From NCBI GenBank assembly GCA_030684355.1, contig JAUXTN010000093.1:99202-163201 (forward strand): a stretch of 64,000 nt of DNA. The letters run 5' to 3'. The stretch is from Pseudomonadota bacterium. Lineage in GTDB: Bacteria > Myxococcota_A > UBA796 > SXON01. Within the stretch, counting starts at the first letter, position 1. The number at the start of each line of letters is the position of its first letter. A model generated the notes under the pieces. That model saw only the letters and a program-made list of their open reading frames with translations. It made no database searches and was not told where the DNA came from. Positions 26,523-37,686 of this stretch are shown here, in pieces. Made by a program: the position numbers and the translations under genes.

Positions 26523-28097
26523 ATGCTCCTCCTCCTCGCTTGCGTCGGTACGGAGGCCGATCCGGTCGATCCGCCCGCGCGCGAGTGGGCGCTCGGGGAC
26601 GAGCCGGTGGACACCGGGGGCCCGGACACCGGGGGCACCCAGGACACCGGCGTGACCTCGGATGTCGTCGCCGATGGGCAGTGGGACGTGATCGTGGTCG
26701 GCACGGGCCCGGCCGGCGCGGCGGCGGCGCTGACCGCGCGGGAGGCCGGCGCGAGCGTGTTGTTGCTCGAGCGGGAGGATGACCCCGGGCTGGGGCTCGT
26801 GACCGGGGGGCGCGCCTTTGCCGTGGGCACGCCGTTCCAGGCGAGCGCGGGCGTGGAGGACTCGGTCGAGGCCGCCGTGGCAGAGTGGCCCGAGATCACG
26901 GGGGTAAGCGGGGAGCTGCCGGGCGTACGGGAGTTCCTGGCCGCGAGCGCGGACACCCTCCTCTGGCTCACGACGTTCGGCCTGGTGGTGCCGCACGTGG
27001 CGGGCGAGCGCGACGCCGGGCTCGTGCCACGCGTCCACGCGCTCGATTGGTCGGAGACCCCCACGGGCAACGGCACGGAGCTGCTCGCGCACTTCGATGG
27101 CGAGCTCCGCACCGGGGTCGAGGTCACCGCCCCGCTCCTCGAAGCCGGCGCGGTGGTCGGCGTGCGTTGGACCGACCTCGCCACCGGCCTCGAGGGCGCG
27201 TCGCGCGCCGGCGCCGTCGTGCTCGCGACCGGTGGCTTCCTCCGCGATCCCGACGAGGTCGCGCGTGTCGCGCCCGCGCTGGCCGGGCGCCGCATCGTCT
27301 ACGAGACCAACCCCACCTCAGACGGCGGCGGGCTGCCGTTCCTGCGCGCGGTCGGCGCGGGCTCCCTGGGCGCGGAGAACATCGGGGTGTACGTGCACTC
27401 CATCGAGGACCCGTGGCTTCCGGAGGGGGAGTCGCTCCTCGGTCTCGGCATCGAGGACGGCATCCTCGTCGACGCGACCGGCGCGCGCTTCGCAAACGAG
27501 GACCTCCAACGCTCGCTGGACCTCTACGACGTGCTCCCCGACGGGGAGATCTACGCCGTGCTGTCGGATGCGCTGGCGGACGGCCTCCTGTTCAATCGTC
27601 CCTACTACAACTGGTCGGATCCGCCGGAAGCGGAGGCGGTGACGCTCGACGAGGTCGCCGCCCTCGCGGAGGACGTGTTCATCGCCGACGCGTTGGAGGA
27701 CGCCGCGGTGTACGCCGGGGTCGATGCCGGCGGGCTCGTTGCCACGGTAGACGCCTGGAACGTGAACTTCGAGGCGGGCATCCCAGACCCGTTCGGGCGT
27801 GACCTGGCCGGCGCCGTGCCGCTCACGGGCGACCGTTGGGTCCTCCTCCGGCTCTCGCCCGGCCTCGCGAAGAACTTCGGCGGCGTGGCCACCGACGTCG
27901 AGGGGCACGTGCTCGACGCGGCGGGCGTGCCGGTCCCCGGGCTCTACGCCGCGGGGGAGGTCGCCGGGATGCTGCTCGGCGGCGGGGGAGGGGACGGGTT
28001 CTCCGGCAGCGTGAACGCCTGCTTCTGGGGAGGACGGGTCGCCGGCGCCGCCGCGGCGGGCTTCGCCGGTGTCACCGATACATCCGATACCGAATGA
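26523..28097 (+). CDS. FAD-binding dehydrogenase (FAD_binding_2 / fumarate-reductase-flavoprotein-like) with a lipoprotein leader
   Basis: Leader MLLLLACVG plus a DTG-rich linker. The dinucleotide motif is DVIVVGTGPAGAAAALTAREAGASVLLLE. The C-terminus reads GLYAAGEVAG. The start is forced: there is an in-frame TGA at 26469..26471 and no start codon before ATG 26523. Confidence 0.8.
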   Translation: MLLLLACVGTEADPVDPPAREWALGDEPVDTGGPDTGGTQDTGVTSDVVADGQWDVIVVGTGPAGAAAALTAREAGASVLLLEREDDPGLGLVTGGRAFAVGTPFQASAGVEDSVEAAVAEWPEITGVSGELPGVREFLAASADTLLWLTTFGLVVPHVAGERDAGLVPRVHALDWSETPTGNGTELLAHFDGELRTGVEVTAPLLEAGAVVGVRWTDLATGLEGASRAGAVVLATGGFLRDPDEVARVAPALAGRRIVYETNPTSDGGGLPFLRAVGAGSLGAENIGVYVHSIEDPWLPEGESLLGLGIEDGILVDATGARFANEDLQRSLDLYDVLPDGEIYAVLSDALADGLLFNRPYYNWSDPPEAEAVTLDEVAALAEDVFIADALEDAAVYAGVDAGGLVATVDAWNVNFEAGIPDPFGRDLAGAVPLTGDRWVLLRLSPGLAKNFGGVATDVEGHVLDAAGVPVPGLYAAGEVAGMLLGGGGGDGFSGSVNACFWGGRVAGAAAAGFAGVTDTSDTE

Positions 28098-28113
28098 TAC
28101 GTGTGTCGGTGTA

Positions 28114-28209
28114 TCACCGGGGCCTGGGTCCGAGGACCTCGTACCCGGCGTCCATCAGGACCCACGGGTTGGCTGCCTGCGCGCTACTCGCCGCATTGTC
28201 GTGTCCCAT
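28114..28209 (-). CDS. Candidate 31-aa small ORF with a strong Shine-Dalgarno sequence
   Basis: AGGAGacggagATG, then MGHDNAASSAQAANPWVLMDAGYEVLGPRPR with mostly GC3 codons. It lies in a 370-bp gap of lower GC. There is no homology evidence. Confidence 0.2.
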   Translation of the reverse strand: MGHDNAASSAQAANPWVLMDAGYEVLGPRPR

Positions 28210-28467
28210 CTCCGTCTCCTCTGCCGTTCGATTGTCCGGGTCGGCCGAGCGTGACCTGCCAAGCGTAAACGCAGCCATGAAGGCGGATTAGCGTGCGTTG
28301 GTCGGTCGTCCGGGCGTCACGTTGTTGTCCAGGGGACCGTCACCCGGTCGCGGCCTGTTAGACCACCTGAACGGCGTGCAGCTACCCTGGCGCAGTGGCC
28401 CACGGAGAAGCGATGTCCCCCTTGAAGCGTGCGGAGCCCGGCACGCGACGACCGTTGACAGCCGCCG

Positions 28468-31248
28468 GTGGTTGACCCTCACCAAATCGTCGAGTCCGCG
28501 CGTCGCGTGCTCGGCCAGCTCGGCCCCCGCGGAGTCGTAGGCCAGCTGTGTAGGGAGTGTGTGTCCCTCGGGGGCGTGGCACGCGTCTACGTGGGCACGT
28601 CGAACAACCCGGCCACGGACATCTTCGTCCAGCTCGCGCCAGGGGACGCCGCCCCGTCGGTCTCCGAGCCGGATGCACGCGCCGCGGTCCTCGTCCTCCA
28701 CGGTCGCCTCGGCTCGACCTCCGAGCCGCTCCTCTTCGGGGAGTCGGGCGCGGATCGCCCGATCGTCGAGGCCCTCGGCGGGCCCGACGCAAGCGTGGTG
28801 CTCGCCGTCCCCGTGCGCCGGCGGGGCGGCAAGGTCGGCGGGATCCTCGTGCTCGTCAGCACGGGAGAGGCCTTCGCCGGGACGGACGGCTCCGGGCTCT
28901 CGGCCCTGGCGCGGTGCGCCGGGACCGCCCTCGACAACGCCGATCAGCTCGCGGCGGCCCGGCGGGACCAGGAGCGGCTGTTCCTCTTCGCCCAGGCCAC
29001 GGACGAGGCCCTGTGGGACTGGGAGATCGGCCCCGACCTCACCTGGTGGGGCGGCGGGATCCAGAAGCTGCTGGGCGGCGGCGGACGGGAGGTGGAGCCG
29101 CGCATGCGCTGGAAGCAGGAGCGCATCCACCCGGCGGACGCCGAGCGGGTCACGGCGTCGCTCGAGGCCGCCCGCGAATCGCGGGTGCCGTCCTGGCGGG
29201 AGGAATACCGCTTCCGCCGCACGGACGGCAGCTTCGCGGTGGTGGAGGACCACGGCTACTTCCTGCGCGACGAGCGGGGCTGCGCGTTCCGCATGGTCGG
29301 GTCCCTGCGGGACGTGACCGATTTGCACCGCGCCTCCCTCGCCCGGCAGGTCCTGGCGGACGCGAGCGTCCTGGTCGGCTCGCCGCTCGACCAGGCGACC
29401 CTCCTCGACCGCCTCGTGCGCCTGCTCGTGCCAGAGCTCGCGCTCGGGTGCGCGATCGGGCTCGTCGGGGGAGGCGAACCCGACTGCATCGTGGCGCACG
29501 GCCTCCCGGAGGCGGAGCCCCTCGTGCGCGCCCTCCTCCACGCGCAGGTGGACAGTCCCATCCCCACCTCCCCCTACCTCGCGGTGCCGTTCGCGCTGGG
29601 CGCCCGATCCCAGGGCCTCTTCGTGCTCGTCAACGCCCCCACCGGCTGCCGTGCGTTCGACGAGCGGGACCGCGGCCTCGCCATCGCCCTCGTCGATCGC
29701 CTCGCCGTCGCCCTGGAGAACCGTTGCCTCTTCCGTGCGCTGCGGGCGAGCCGCGGGCGGCTGGAGGTGACGCTCGCCTCCATCGCGGACGGGGTCATCA
29801 CGACCGACGTCCAGGGCCGCGTGGACTTCCTCAACGCCGCCGCCGAGCGCCTGACGGGGTGGAGCGCTGGCGACGCGTACGGGCGGCCGCTGGGGGACGT
29901 GTGCTGCCGGGGCCTGCCGCAGGGCGGGGCGGCGGGCGAGGATGAGGTCACGACGCAGCCGACCCGGAACGATCACGCCACGCTCGTGCGGCGCGACGGG
30001 ACCCGCCTGCTCGTCGTGCAGAGCGTCGCCCCCATCCAGGAGCGGGACGGCGCCACGCACGGCGAGGTGCTGGTGTTCCGCGACATCACCGAGCGCCAGC
30101 AGTTGGAGGACGAGCGCATCCGGGCGAGCAAGCTCGAGTCGATCGGGCTCCTCGCGGGCGGGATCGCCCACGACTTCAACAACCTGCTGACCGGCATCCT
30201 GACCAACGTGTCGCTCGTCGAGCGCAAGCTCCCTGCCGACGATCCGCTCCGCGCCCGCCTGGGCGCCGCCAACGCAGCCACGCGGCGCGCGAGCGGCCTC
30301 ACGCGGCAGCTCCTCACCTTCTCGAAGGGCGGCGCCCCGGTACGGACCTCGATCACGCTCCCCGACCTCTTGCGGGACACCACGTGCTTCTCGCTCCAGG
30401 GTTCGAGCTCCGTGCCCGAGTTCGAGATCGATCCGGGGCTCCATGCCATCTGCGGCGACTCCGGGCAGATCAGCCAGGTGGTGCAGAACCTCGTCATCAA
30501 CGCCTCGCAGGCCATGCCCAGCGGGGGCCGGGTGCGCATCGTGGCGCACAACGTCACGCTCCCCGACGGCTCGTCCACGCCGCTCGGCGCGGGCGCCTAC
30601 GTGCGCGTGGCTGTGTCGGACGAGGGGCCGGGCGTGCCGCCCGATCTGCTCCACCGGGTGTTCGACCCCTTCTTCACCACGAAGGATTGCGGCAGCGGGT
30701 TGGGGCTCGCCACCGTGTTCTCGATCGTCCGGCGGCATGACGGCCACGTGGCCGTCTGCGGGGGCGCCGCGCGGGGTGCCACGTTCGTGTTCCACCTCCC
30801 CGCCGCGCCGGCTCCGGCCGCGCTCCCGACCGCCGCGCCGCCAACCGAGCCCGTACCCCGCGCGCGGGTCCTCGTGATGGACGACGATCCCGGCATCCTC
30901 GCCGTGGCCGAAGCGGTCCTCGCCGAGGCCGGCCTCGACGTGACGATCGCGCGCGACGGCGAGGGCGCCATCCGGCTCTTCGAGGAGGCCCGCCGAACGG
31001 GCCGGCCCTTCGCGGCCGTGCTCCTCGATCTGACCGTGCGCGGCGGGCTCGGTGGCCGCGACACGCTCGCGCACCTGCGGCGGATCGACCCCAACGTCCG
31101 CGCCATCTTCTCCAGCGGCTACTCCGAGGCGCTCCTCCCCGCGCAGGGCGTCGTCGGCTTCGTCGGGGTGCTCCCGAAGCCATACGCGGCGGAGGAGCTC
31201 ACCCGCGCGGTGGTGACGGCGCTACGGGGGGCCCCGGGGGCGGAGTGA
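28468..31248 (+). CDS. Hybrid sensor histidine kinase / response regulator (GAF-PAS-GAF-PAS-HisKA-HATPase-REC)
   Basis: H-box IAHDFNNLLTGI. N-box QVVQNLVINASQAM. G-boxes DEGPGV and GSGLGLA. The receiver reads VLVMDDDPGI...LLDLTVRGGLGG...FSSGY...LPKPY. The 928-aa antisense ORF was rejected. Confidence 0.9.
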   Translation: MVDPHQIVESARRVLGQLGPRGVVGQLCRECVSLGGVARVYVGTSNNPATDIFVQLAPGDAAPSVSEPDARAAVLVLHGRLGSTSEPLLFGESGADRPIVEALGGPDASVVLAVPVRRRGGKVGGILVLVSTGEAFAGTDGSGLSALARCAGTALDNADQLAAARRDQERLFLFAQATDEALWDWEIGPDLTWWGGGIQKLLGGGGREVEPRMRWKQERIHPADAERVTASLEAARESRVPSWREEYRFRRTDGSFAVVEDHGYFLRDERGCAFRMVGSLRDVTDLHRASLARQVLADASVLVGSPLDQATLLDRLVRLLVPELALGCAIGLVGGGEPDCIVAHGLPEAEPLVRALLHAQVDSPIPTSPYLAVPFALGARSQGLFVLVNAPTGCRAFDERDRGLAIALVDRLAVALENRCLFRALRASRGRLEVTLASIADGVITTDVQGRVDFLNAAAERLTGWSAGDAYGRPLGDVCCRGLPQGGAAGEDEVTTQPTRNDHATLVRRDGTRLLVVQSVAPIQERDGATHGEVLVFRDITERQQLEDERIRASKLESIGLLAGGIAHDFNNLLTGILTNVSLVERKLPADDPLRARLGAANAATRRASGLTRQLLTFSKGGAPVRTSITLPDLLRDTTCFSLQGSSSVPEFEIDPGLHAICGDSGQISQVVQNLVINASQAMPSGGRVRIVAHNVTLPDGSSTPLGAGAYVRVAVSDEGPGVPPDLLHRVFDPFFTTKDCGSGLGLATVFSIVRRHDGHVAVCGGAARGATFVFHLPAAPAPAALPTAAPPTEPVPRARVLVMDDDPGILAVAEAVLAEAGLDVTIARDGEGAIRLFEEARRTGRPFAAVLLDLTVRGGLGGRDTLAHLRRIDPNVRAIFSSGYSEALLPAQGVVGFVGVLPKPYAAEELTRAVVTALRGAPGAE

Positions 31249-31324
31249 GGAAGCGGCCGGTTTGGCGGTAGGCGACGCACCGGCGCACGGGCATGGTACG
31301 TGGGCCTGCCAACGTGGAGCCTGC

Positions 31325-32968
31325 ATGTCCCTTCGCCTCGTGTCGTTCTCACTGCTCGGCCTGCTGGGGTGCGGGGACAAGGAGGCCGACGGCGTCGACT
31401 CTGCCAACCCCGTCGAGGACGACACCGCCGTCGATCCGTTGACGACGTTCTGCGCGGACAATGGCTTCGGCGTCGCGGTGCCGTGGGACGCCGTGGGCCC
31501 CTACGGGGACGTGCGCCACGCGCTGGCCGAGGACTTCGAGGTGCCCCTGGCCGATGGCACCGCCTGGGTATTTTCCGAGCATTGGACCGGGTGCGAGAGC
31601 TACCTCTTCATCCCGGACACGCTGACCCGCTCCCCCACGGACGACCGCTCGATCTGGCTGCGCGACCTCGACGACCTCGTCGCCGGCTCGCCCCGCAACA
31701 CCCACTACTTCTTCGTCTCCGCCCAGCGTGACGAGGCCGCCGAGGCCTCCATCGCGGGCATGGTGGAGGAGGTCGAGGACGTCCTCGCCGACTTGTCGCC
31801 CGAGGAGGCCACCTGGTGGAGCGAGCGCCTCCACGTCGTCGGGGTGCCTGCCAAGGATCTCGGCAACTGGGTGGAGAGCGTGATCCTGCGGGGCATCGGC
31901 ACCGAGGGCATCGCCGTCGACCGGTTCCAGCAGATCCGCGGCATGGGCTCCTTTGCGGACGTGACCCGCTACGACGCCGCGCTGAGCGCCGCCGGGCAGT
32001 GGCCGTTCGAGTCCAACCTCGCCTACGCCGCGCACGAGGCCCGCTTCTTCGAGATGGAGGCCGCGCGCCAGGCCCGGCTCGACGCCGTGGACGCCACCAC
32101 CGTGCCGCTCTGGACCGGCGAGGTGATCTCCCAGTACGCCGACATGGAGGTCGAGCTGCCGAGCGCCGCCGACATGGCGACGTTCGACACCTTCGAGATC
32201 GACGTGGACATGCGCTGCCCCGAGGCGGAGGCCGCCGAGCCCGGGAACTGTGGCGCGTGGGACTACATCGCCCACCTGTCCGTCCAGGACGCCGACGGGA
32301 GCTGGGTCGAGCTCTCCCGCTTCATCACGACCTACCACCGCGAGGCGCGTTGGGTCGTCGATGCCACGCCGATGATGGCCCACCTGCTCGGGGGCGGCCC
32401 CCGCACCTTCCGTTGGGAGTGGGCGCCCGAGTGGAACGTCCAACCCACCGAGACGCGGCTGTCCCTCCGCTTCAGCGACCAGGCCAAGGGTTACAAGCCG
32501 CGCGCCGCCACCCTCGTCGCGACCGGCGGCAGCCTCGGCTCCACCTACAACGACGGCCGGGTGCCGGTGGACGTGCCGGTCTCCGCGACCGCCGCCAAGG
32601 TCGAGCTATGGGCGATCATCAGCGGGCATGGCGCCTCCACCAACCAGTGCGCCGAGTTCTGCGACCACCAGCACGAGTTCACCGTGGGCGGGGAGAGCTG
32701 GCTCTCGTCGTACCCCGAGGCCTCCACCGAGGACGGCTGCGTCGATCGCATCGAGGACCAGATGACACCCAACCAATCGGGCACGTGGTGGTACGGCCGC
32801 GGTGGGTGGTGTCCGGGCGCGCCGGTCTGGCCCTTCGCGGTGGACGTGACGGCGGAGGTCGTCGGCGGCACGGCGACGGTCGGGTACCGCGGCCTCTACG
32901 ACGGGGACACCGCGCCCGACGGCAGCGGCGACATCAGCATGAACGCGTGGTTGGTCGTGTACGAGTAG
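31325..32968 (+). CDS. Peptide-N-glycosidase F-related lipoprotein (C-terminal PNGase-F-like domain)
   Basis: Lipobox LLGLLGCG. The C-terminal blocks ISGHGASTNQCAEFCDHQHEFTVGG and SGTWWYGRGGWCPGAPVWPF resemble, from memory, the PNGase F C-terminal family signature. Confidence 0.55.
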   Translation: MSLRLVSFSLLGLLGCGDKEADGVDSANPVEDDTAVDPLTTFCADNGFGVAVPWDAVGPYGDVRHALAEDFEVPLADGTAWVFSEHWTGCESYLFIPDTLTRSPTDDRSIWLRDLDDLVAGSPRNTHYFFVSAQRDEAAEASIAGMVEEVEDVLADLSPEEATWWSERLHVVGVPAKDLGNWVESVILRGIGTEGIAVDRFQQIRGMGSFADVTRYDAALSAAGQWPFESNLAYAAHEARFFEMEAARQARLDAVDATTVPLWTGEVISQYADMEVELPSAADMATFDTFEIDVDMRCPEAEAAEPGNCGAWDYIAHLSVQDADGSWVELSRFITTYHREARWVVDATPMMAHLLGGGPRTFRWEWAPEWNVQPTETRLSLRFSDQAKGYKPRAATLVATGGSLGSTYNDGRVPVDVPVSATAAKVELWAIISGHGASTNQCAEFCDHQHEFTVGGESWLSSYPEASTEDGCVDRIEDQMTPNQSGTWWYGRGGWCPGAPVWPFAVDVTAEVVGGTATVGYRGLYDGDTAPDGSGDISMNAWLVVYE

Positions 32969-33012
32969 GTCGACGGCGGGCCGAGGGCCGACGCATCCGG
33001 ATAGAAGGTCCG

Positions 33013-33663
33013 ATGCACCACTCTTCCCTTCCGCACCTCGAGCGGCACCACCGCGACTTCGAAGCGTTCCGCGACACGATGATCGAGACCGCCGTGGGCC
33101 GCTTCGGGCCCATCTGGTGGGGCGTGTGGGACCAGCTCGTGCGGCCCGTCGCCGCGCCCACCCTGGTCGACCTCGGCACCGGCCCCGGGATGCTCCTCCC
33201 CCAGCTCCGCGCCCGCCACCCCGACGCGCGGATCGTCGGCGTCGAGGTGCAGCCGGCCATGCTGGGCCATGCGCGGCCGCTCGCAGCGGGATGCGGGGCC
33301 GAGATCGTCGAGGCCGACGTGGGGGCGGGGCCCGTGCCGCTCCCCGACGGCGTGGCCGACGTGGTCACCGCCGTGCACGTGCTCCACGAGCTCGAACATC
33401 CGCCCTCGCTCGTGGCGGAGATGCGGCGGTTGCTCGCGCCGGGCGGGGTCGCGGTGCTGTACGACTGGGTGAAGCGCCCCCTCGCGGAGTACCTCGACGG
33501 CGCCCCGCTCACGCCCGACACGCTCCAGCACTTCCGCGAGCACTGCCTGTTCACCCCGGAGGACCTGGAGTTCCTCTTGCGGCGGGAGGGGTTCGCCATC
33601 CGGGAGACCATCGGGCGGCGGGGCGGGCGCTACGCGATCGTGGTGGCGGAGCGGGGGGCGTAG
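33013..33663 (+). CDS. Class I SAM-dependent methyltransferase
   Basis: Motif I is LVDLGTGPGML. The post-I motif is IVGVEV. It also has VVTAVHVLHEL and LAPGGVAVLYDW. Confidence 0.8.
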   Translation: MHHSSLPHLERHHRDFEAFRDTMIETAVGRFGPIWWGVWDQLVRPVAAPTLVDLGTGPGMLLPQLRARHPDARIVGVEVQPAMLGHARPLAAGCGAEIVEADVGAGPVPLPDGVADVVTAVHVLHELEHPPSLVAEMRRLLAPGGVAVLYDWVKRPLAEYLDGAPLTPDTLQHFREHCLFTPEDLEFLLRREGFAIRETIGRRGGRYAIVVAERGA

Positions 33664-33714
33664 CGCCGCGGGGAGGGGTCACGACCATCCCACCGAGGGC
33701 GGGGGTCGAACCCC

Positions 33715-34358
33715 TCACCGCGCGAGGTCGATCAGCCCCTGCCCCAGCGTTCTCGCCCAGCCGCCGACATCGAGGCCGAGCAGCATCGGCACGATCAGCA
33801 CGAGGGCGATGCCGAGGCCCGCGCGGGCGTACAGCGCGCTCCAGAGCGGCCGGAGCCACTCGGGGCACAGCCAGTCGACGATGCGGCTGCCGTCGAGCGG
33901 GGGGATGGGGAGCAGGTTGAACAGGGCGAGCGCGACGTTGAGCACGACGGTGGACGCGAGCACCTGCCCGAGCGCGCCGTCGATGAGCGTCGGCGAGAGC
34001 ACCCCGAGCAGGGCGATCGCCGCGGTGCATCCGAGCGCGATGCCGAGGTTGGAGAGCGGGCCCGCCGCCGCGGTGAACAACATCGCGAGCCGACCGTCAC
34101 CGCTCATGCGGAACTGCGCGGGGTTGATGGGGACGGGCTTGGCCCACCCGATCGGCACGCCGAGGAGCGGGAGCACCACGGTGCCGAGGACGTCGATGTG
34201 CGCGAACGGATCGAGGGTGAGGCGGCCCTCGGACTCGGCGGTGTTGTCGCCCAACCAGGAGGCGGCGCGCGCGTGGGCATATTCGTGCACCGCGAGCGAC
34301 AACACGAACGGGATCCAGAACACGAGGCGCTCGCCGAGCCAGGGGACGACCCAATCCA

Positions 34359-34359
<1 letters not shown>
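33715..34359 (-). CDS. M50 (site-2-protease family) membrane metalloprotease
   Basis: HEYAHA (HExxH) lies in the first TM region and NLLPIPPLDGSRI is the second metal-ligand motif. The protein is polytopic. Its ATG overlaps the upstream TGA (TGATG). Confidence 0.85.
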
Positions 34360-35861
<1,502 letters not shown>

Positions 35862-35870
35862 GGCCCGAGC

Positions 35871-37664
35871 TTAGCGCGGGTTGCCCTCGACGGACCCGCA
35901 CAGCCCCTCGAACGCCTCGGCCGCTGCCGCCAGCGGCTCGGTCGCCTCCACCCAGAACGCCGGATCGGCCAGCTCGACCCCGAGCACCTCCCGGCCGAGC
36001 GCGCGGGCGTCCTGCCAACCCGTCCGGATCAGCACCTCCCGGAGCCGGACCCCCTCGCGGCCCCGGAGCGCGCCGCTGAACAGGTACCCGAAGCAGTAGG
36101 GCCAGTTGTTGAACGCCGTCCGGTCGTTGTAGAAGTGTGGCTTCTTCGCCCACAGGAGCGGATCCCAAGTCCGCAGCGCGCCGCCCATCGCCTCCTGCTG
36201 GCAGTCGACCATGAGGTCGCAGAGGACGGAGGGGGAGAGCGGGCCGCTCCGCCGCAGCCGAGCGCACGCCCGCTCGAACTCGTACCGGGCGCGGATGTTG
36301 AGCAGCAGCGCGACCCCGCCCTGGAGCTGCTGGTCGAGCGCGTAGAGGCGCCGCCCCATGTCCCCTGTCGGCGCGGACGTGTGGTCCCGCACGAGGTTCT
36401 CCGCGTACATCGACGCGGTCTCGGCGAACGCGGGCGTGAAGAGCCGGCGCACCATCGGGACGGTGTAGAGCACGTCGGCGTGCCACCCGTGGCCGAGCTC
36501 GTGCGCGAGGAGCGCGGCGCTCTCCAGGGTGCCGGAGAAGGTCGTGAAGATGCGAGAGGTCCGCCGCAGCCCGAACGGAATGCACGACGCACCCACCCGC
36601 TTGTCGGGCCGGTCCGCCGATTCCACGGCGCCTTCCGACAGGAGCCGGCGCGCGGAGGCAGCCAGCTCGGGCTCCACCGCTGCGAAGGCGCCCACGATGA
36701 GGCGCTGGGCGGCGTCCCAATCCAACGTCTCGGCGGCGGGCGGGGTGCCGACGGGTGCCGCCAGGTCCCACCACGCCAACGCGTCCTGCCCGACAAGCCG
36801 CGCCTTGGCCTTCAGGTAGCGCACCAGCGCGGGGCGGACGTGGTCCACGCCGGCCCACATCGCCTCGACGACGTCGCGGTCTACGCGGTTGTAGTGCAGG
36901 CTCCGGGCGAGCTCGTCGACGCCGACTCGATCGTTCCGCATCTGCCGGGTGCCCACGAGGTGGGTCAGCGCCGTGGCGCAGAGGCCCGACACTTCCGTGA
37001 AGGCGGTGTCACACGCCGCGAAGGCGTCGCGACGCACCGCGGCGTCGGGGTAGGCAGCGAGGGCGACCAACTGACCGACGCCAACCTGCTCCGTGCGCCC
37101 ATCGCGAACCAACGTGCCCGTCAAGCGCCCCGTCACCTGCCCGTAGAGTTGGCTCCAGCCTTGGATCAGCTCGCGATCGGCCTCGTCGAGGAGGCCCTGG
37201 AGGTCGGGCGCGAGCTCGAGGGCCTGGCCCTTCCGTAGGTCTCGGAGCCAGGGCTCGTAGTCCGCGAGCGCCCCGGCGGAGAGCCGGGAGAGGTCGGCGT
37301 CCGCGGCGCCCCGGACCGCGCGCGCGATCCGCCCGAGCGCCGCCTGCAGCCGGGTCTGGAGGTCGCCCGTCCGCCCGACGGCATGCCGCGCGGCCTCGTC
37401 GTTTGTGTGCGCGCTCGCGTGACAGAGCGCGAAACTGTGGACCAACTGTACCTGCTCGAGCGCGGCGAAGGCCGACACGATGGACGACCGCCACGCCATC
37501 CCCTCGTCCGGGGTTGCGTCGGCCACCGGAGGGAGCCCGACGAGCGTGGCATGCAGCGCATCCAACTGGGCGCGGCACGTGTCGACCTCGCGGTCGAAGG
37601 CCTCGCCGCGGATCCCGCCTGGGAGCAGGACGTCGAGATCCCAGGTGCGCTCCGCGGTGTACAT
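35871..37664 (-). CDS. M3B oligoendopeptidase (PepF-like)
   Basis: HELGHGWH zinc motif. The length and helical composition are typical of M3B. ATG 37664 was chosen; the upstream part of the track ORF is not protein-like. Confidence 0.8.
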   Translation of the reverse strand: MYTAERTWDLDVLLPGGIRGEAFDREVDTCRAQLDALHATLVGLPPVADATPDEGMAWRSSIVSAFAALEQVQLVHSFALCHASAHTNDEAARHAVGRTGDLQTRLQAALGRIARAVRGAADADLSRLSAGALADYEPWLRDLRKGQALELAPDLQGLLDEADRELIQGWSQLYGQVTGRLTGTLVRDGRTEQVGVGQLVALAAYPDAAVRRDAFAACDTAFTEVSGLCATALTHLVGTRQMRNDRVGVDELARSLHYNRVDRDVVEAMWAGVDHVRPALVRYLKAKARLVGQDALAWWDLAAPVGTPPAAETLDWDAAQRLIVGAFAAVEPELAASARRLLSEGAVESADRPDKRVGASCIPFGLRRTSRIFTTFSGTLESAALLAHELGHGWHADVLYTVPMVRRLFTPAFAETASMYAENLVRDHTSAPTGDMGRRLYALDQQLQGGVALLLNIRARYEFERACARLRRSGPLSPSVLCDLMVDCQQEAMGGALRTWDPLLWAKKPHFYNDRTAFNNWPYCFGYLFSGALRGREGVRLREVLIRTGWQDARALGREVLGVELADPAFWVEATEPLAAAAEAFEGLCGSVEGNPR

Positions 37665-37686
37665 GTGGTCCGGTATCCCGGGTGGG

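Noticed and set aside
28060-28125. Apparent inverted repeat ggtgtcaccgataca / tgtcggtgtatcacc at the end of the FAD gene
   Set aside because: On checking, the arms are not complementary. They are shuffled versions of the same words, so no stable hairpin forms.
28288-31074. 928-aa minus-strand ORF mirroring the hybrid histidine kinase
   Set aside because: The product is Arg/Gly/Pro/Glu-rich with no motifs. The plus frame carries full GAF/PAS/HisKA/HATPase/REC motifs and the GC3 bias. This is a typical antisense ORF of a high-GC genome.
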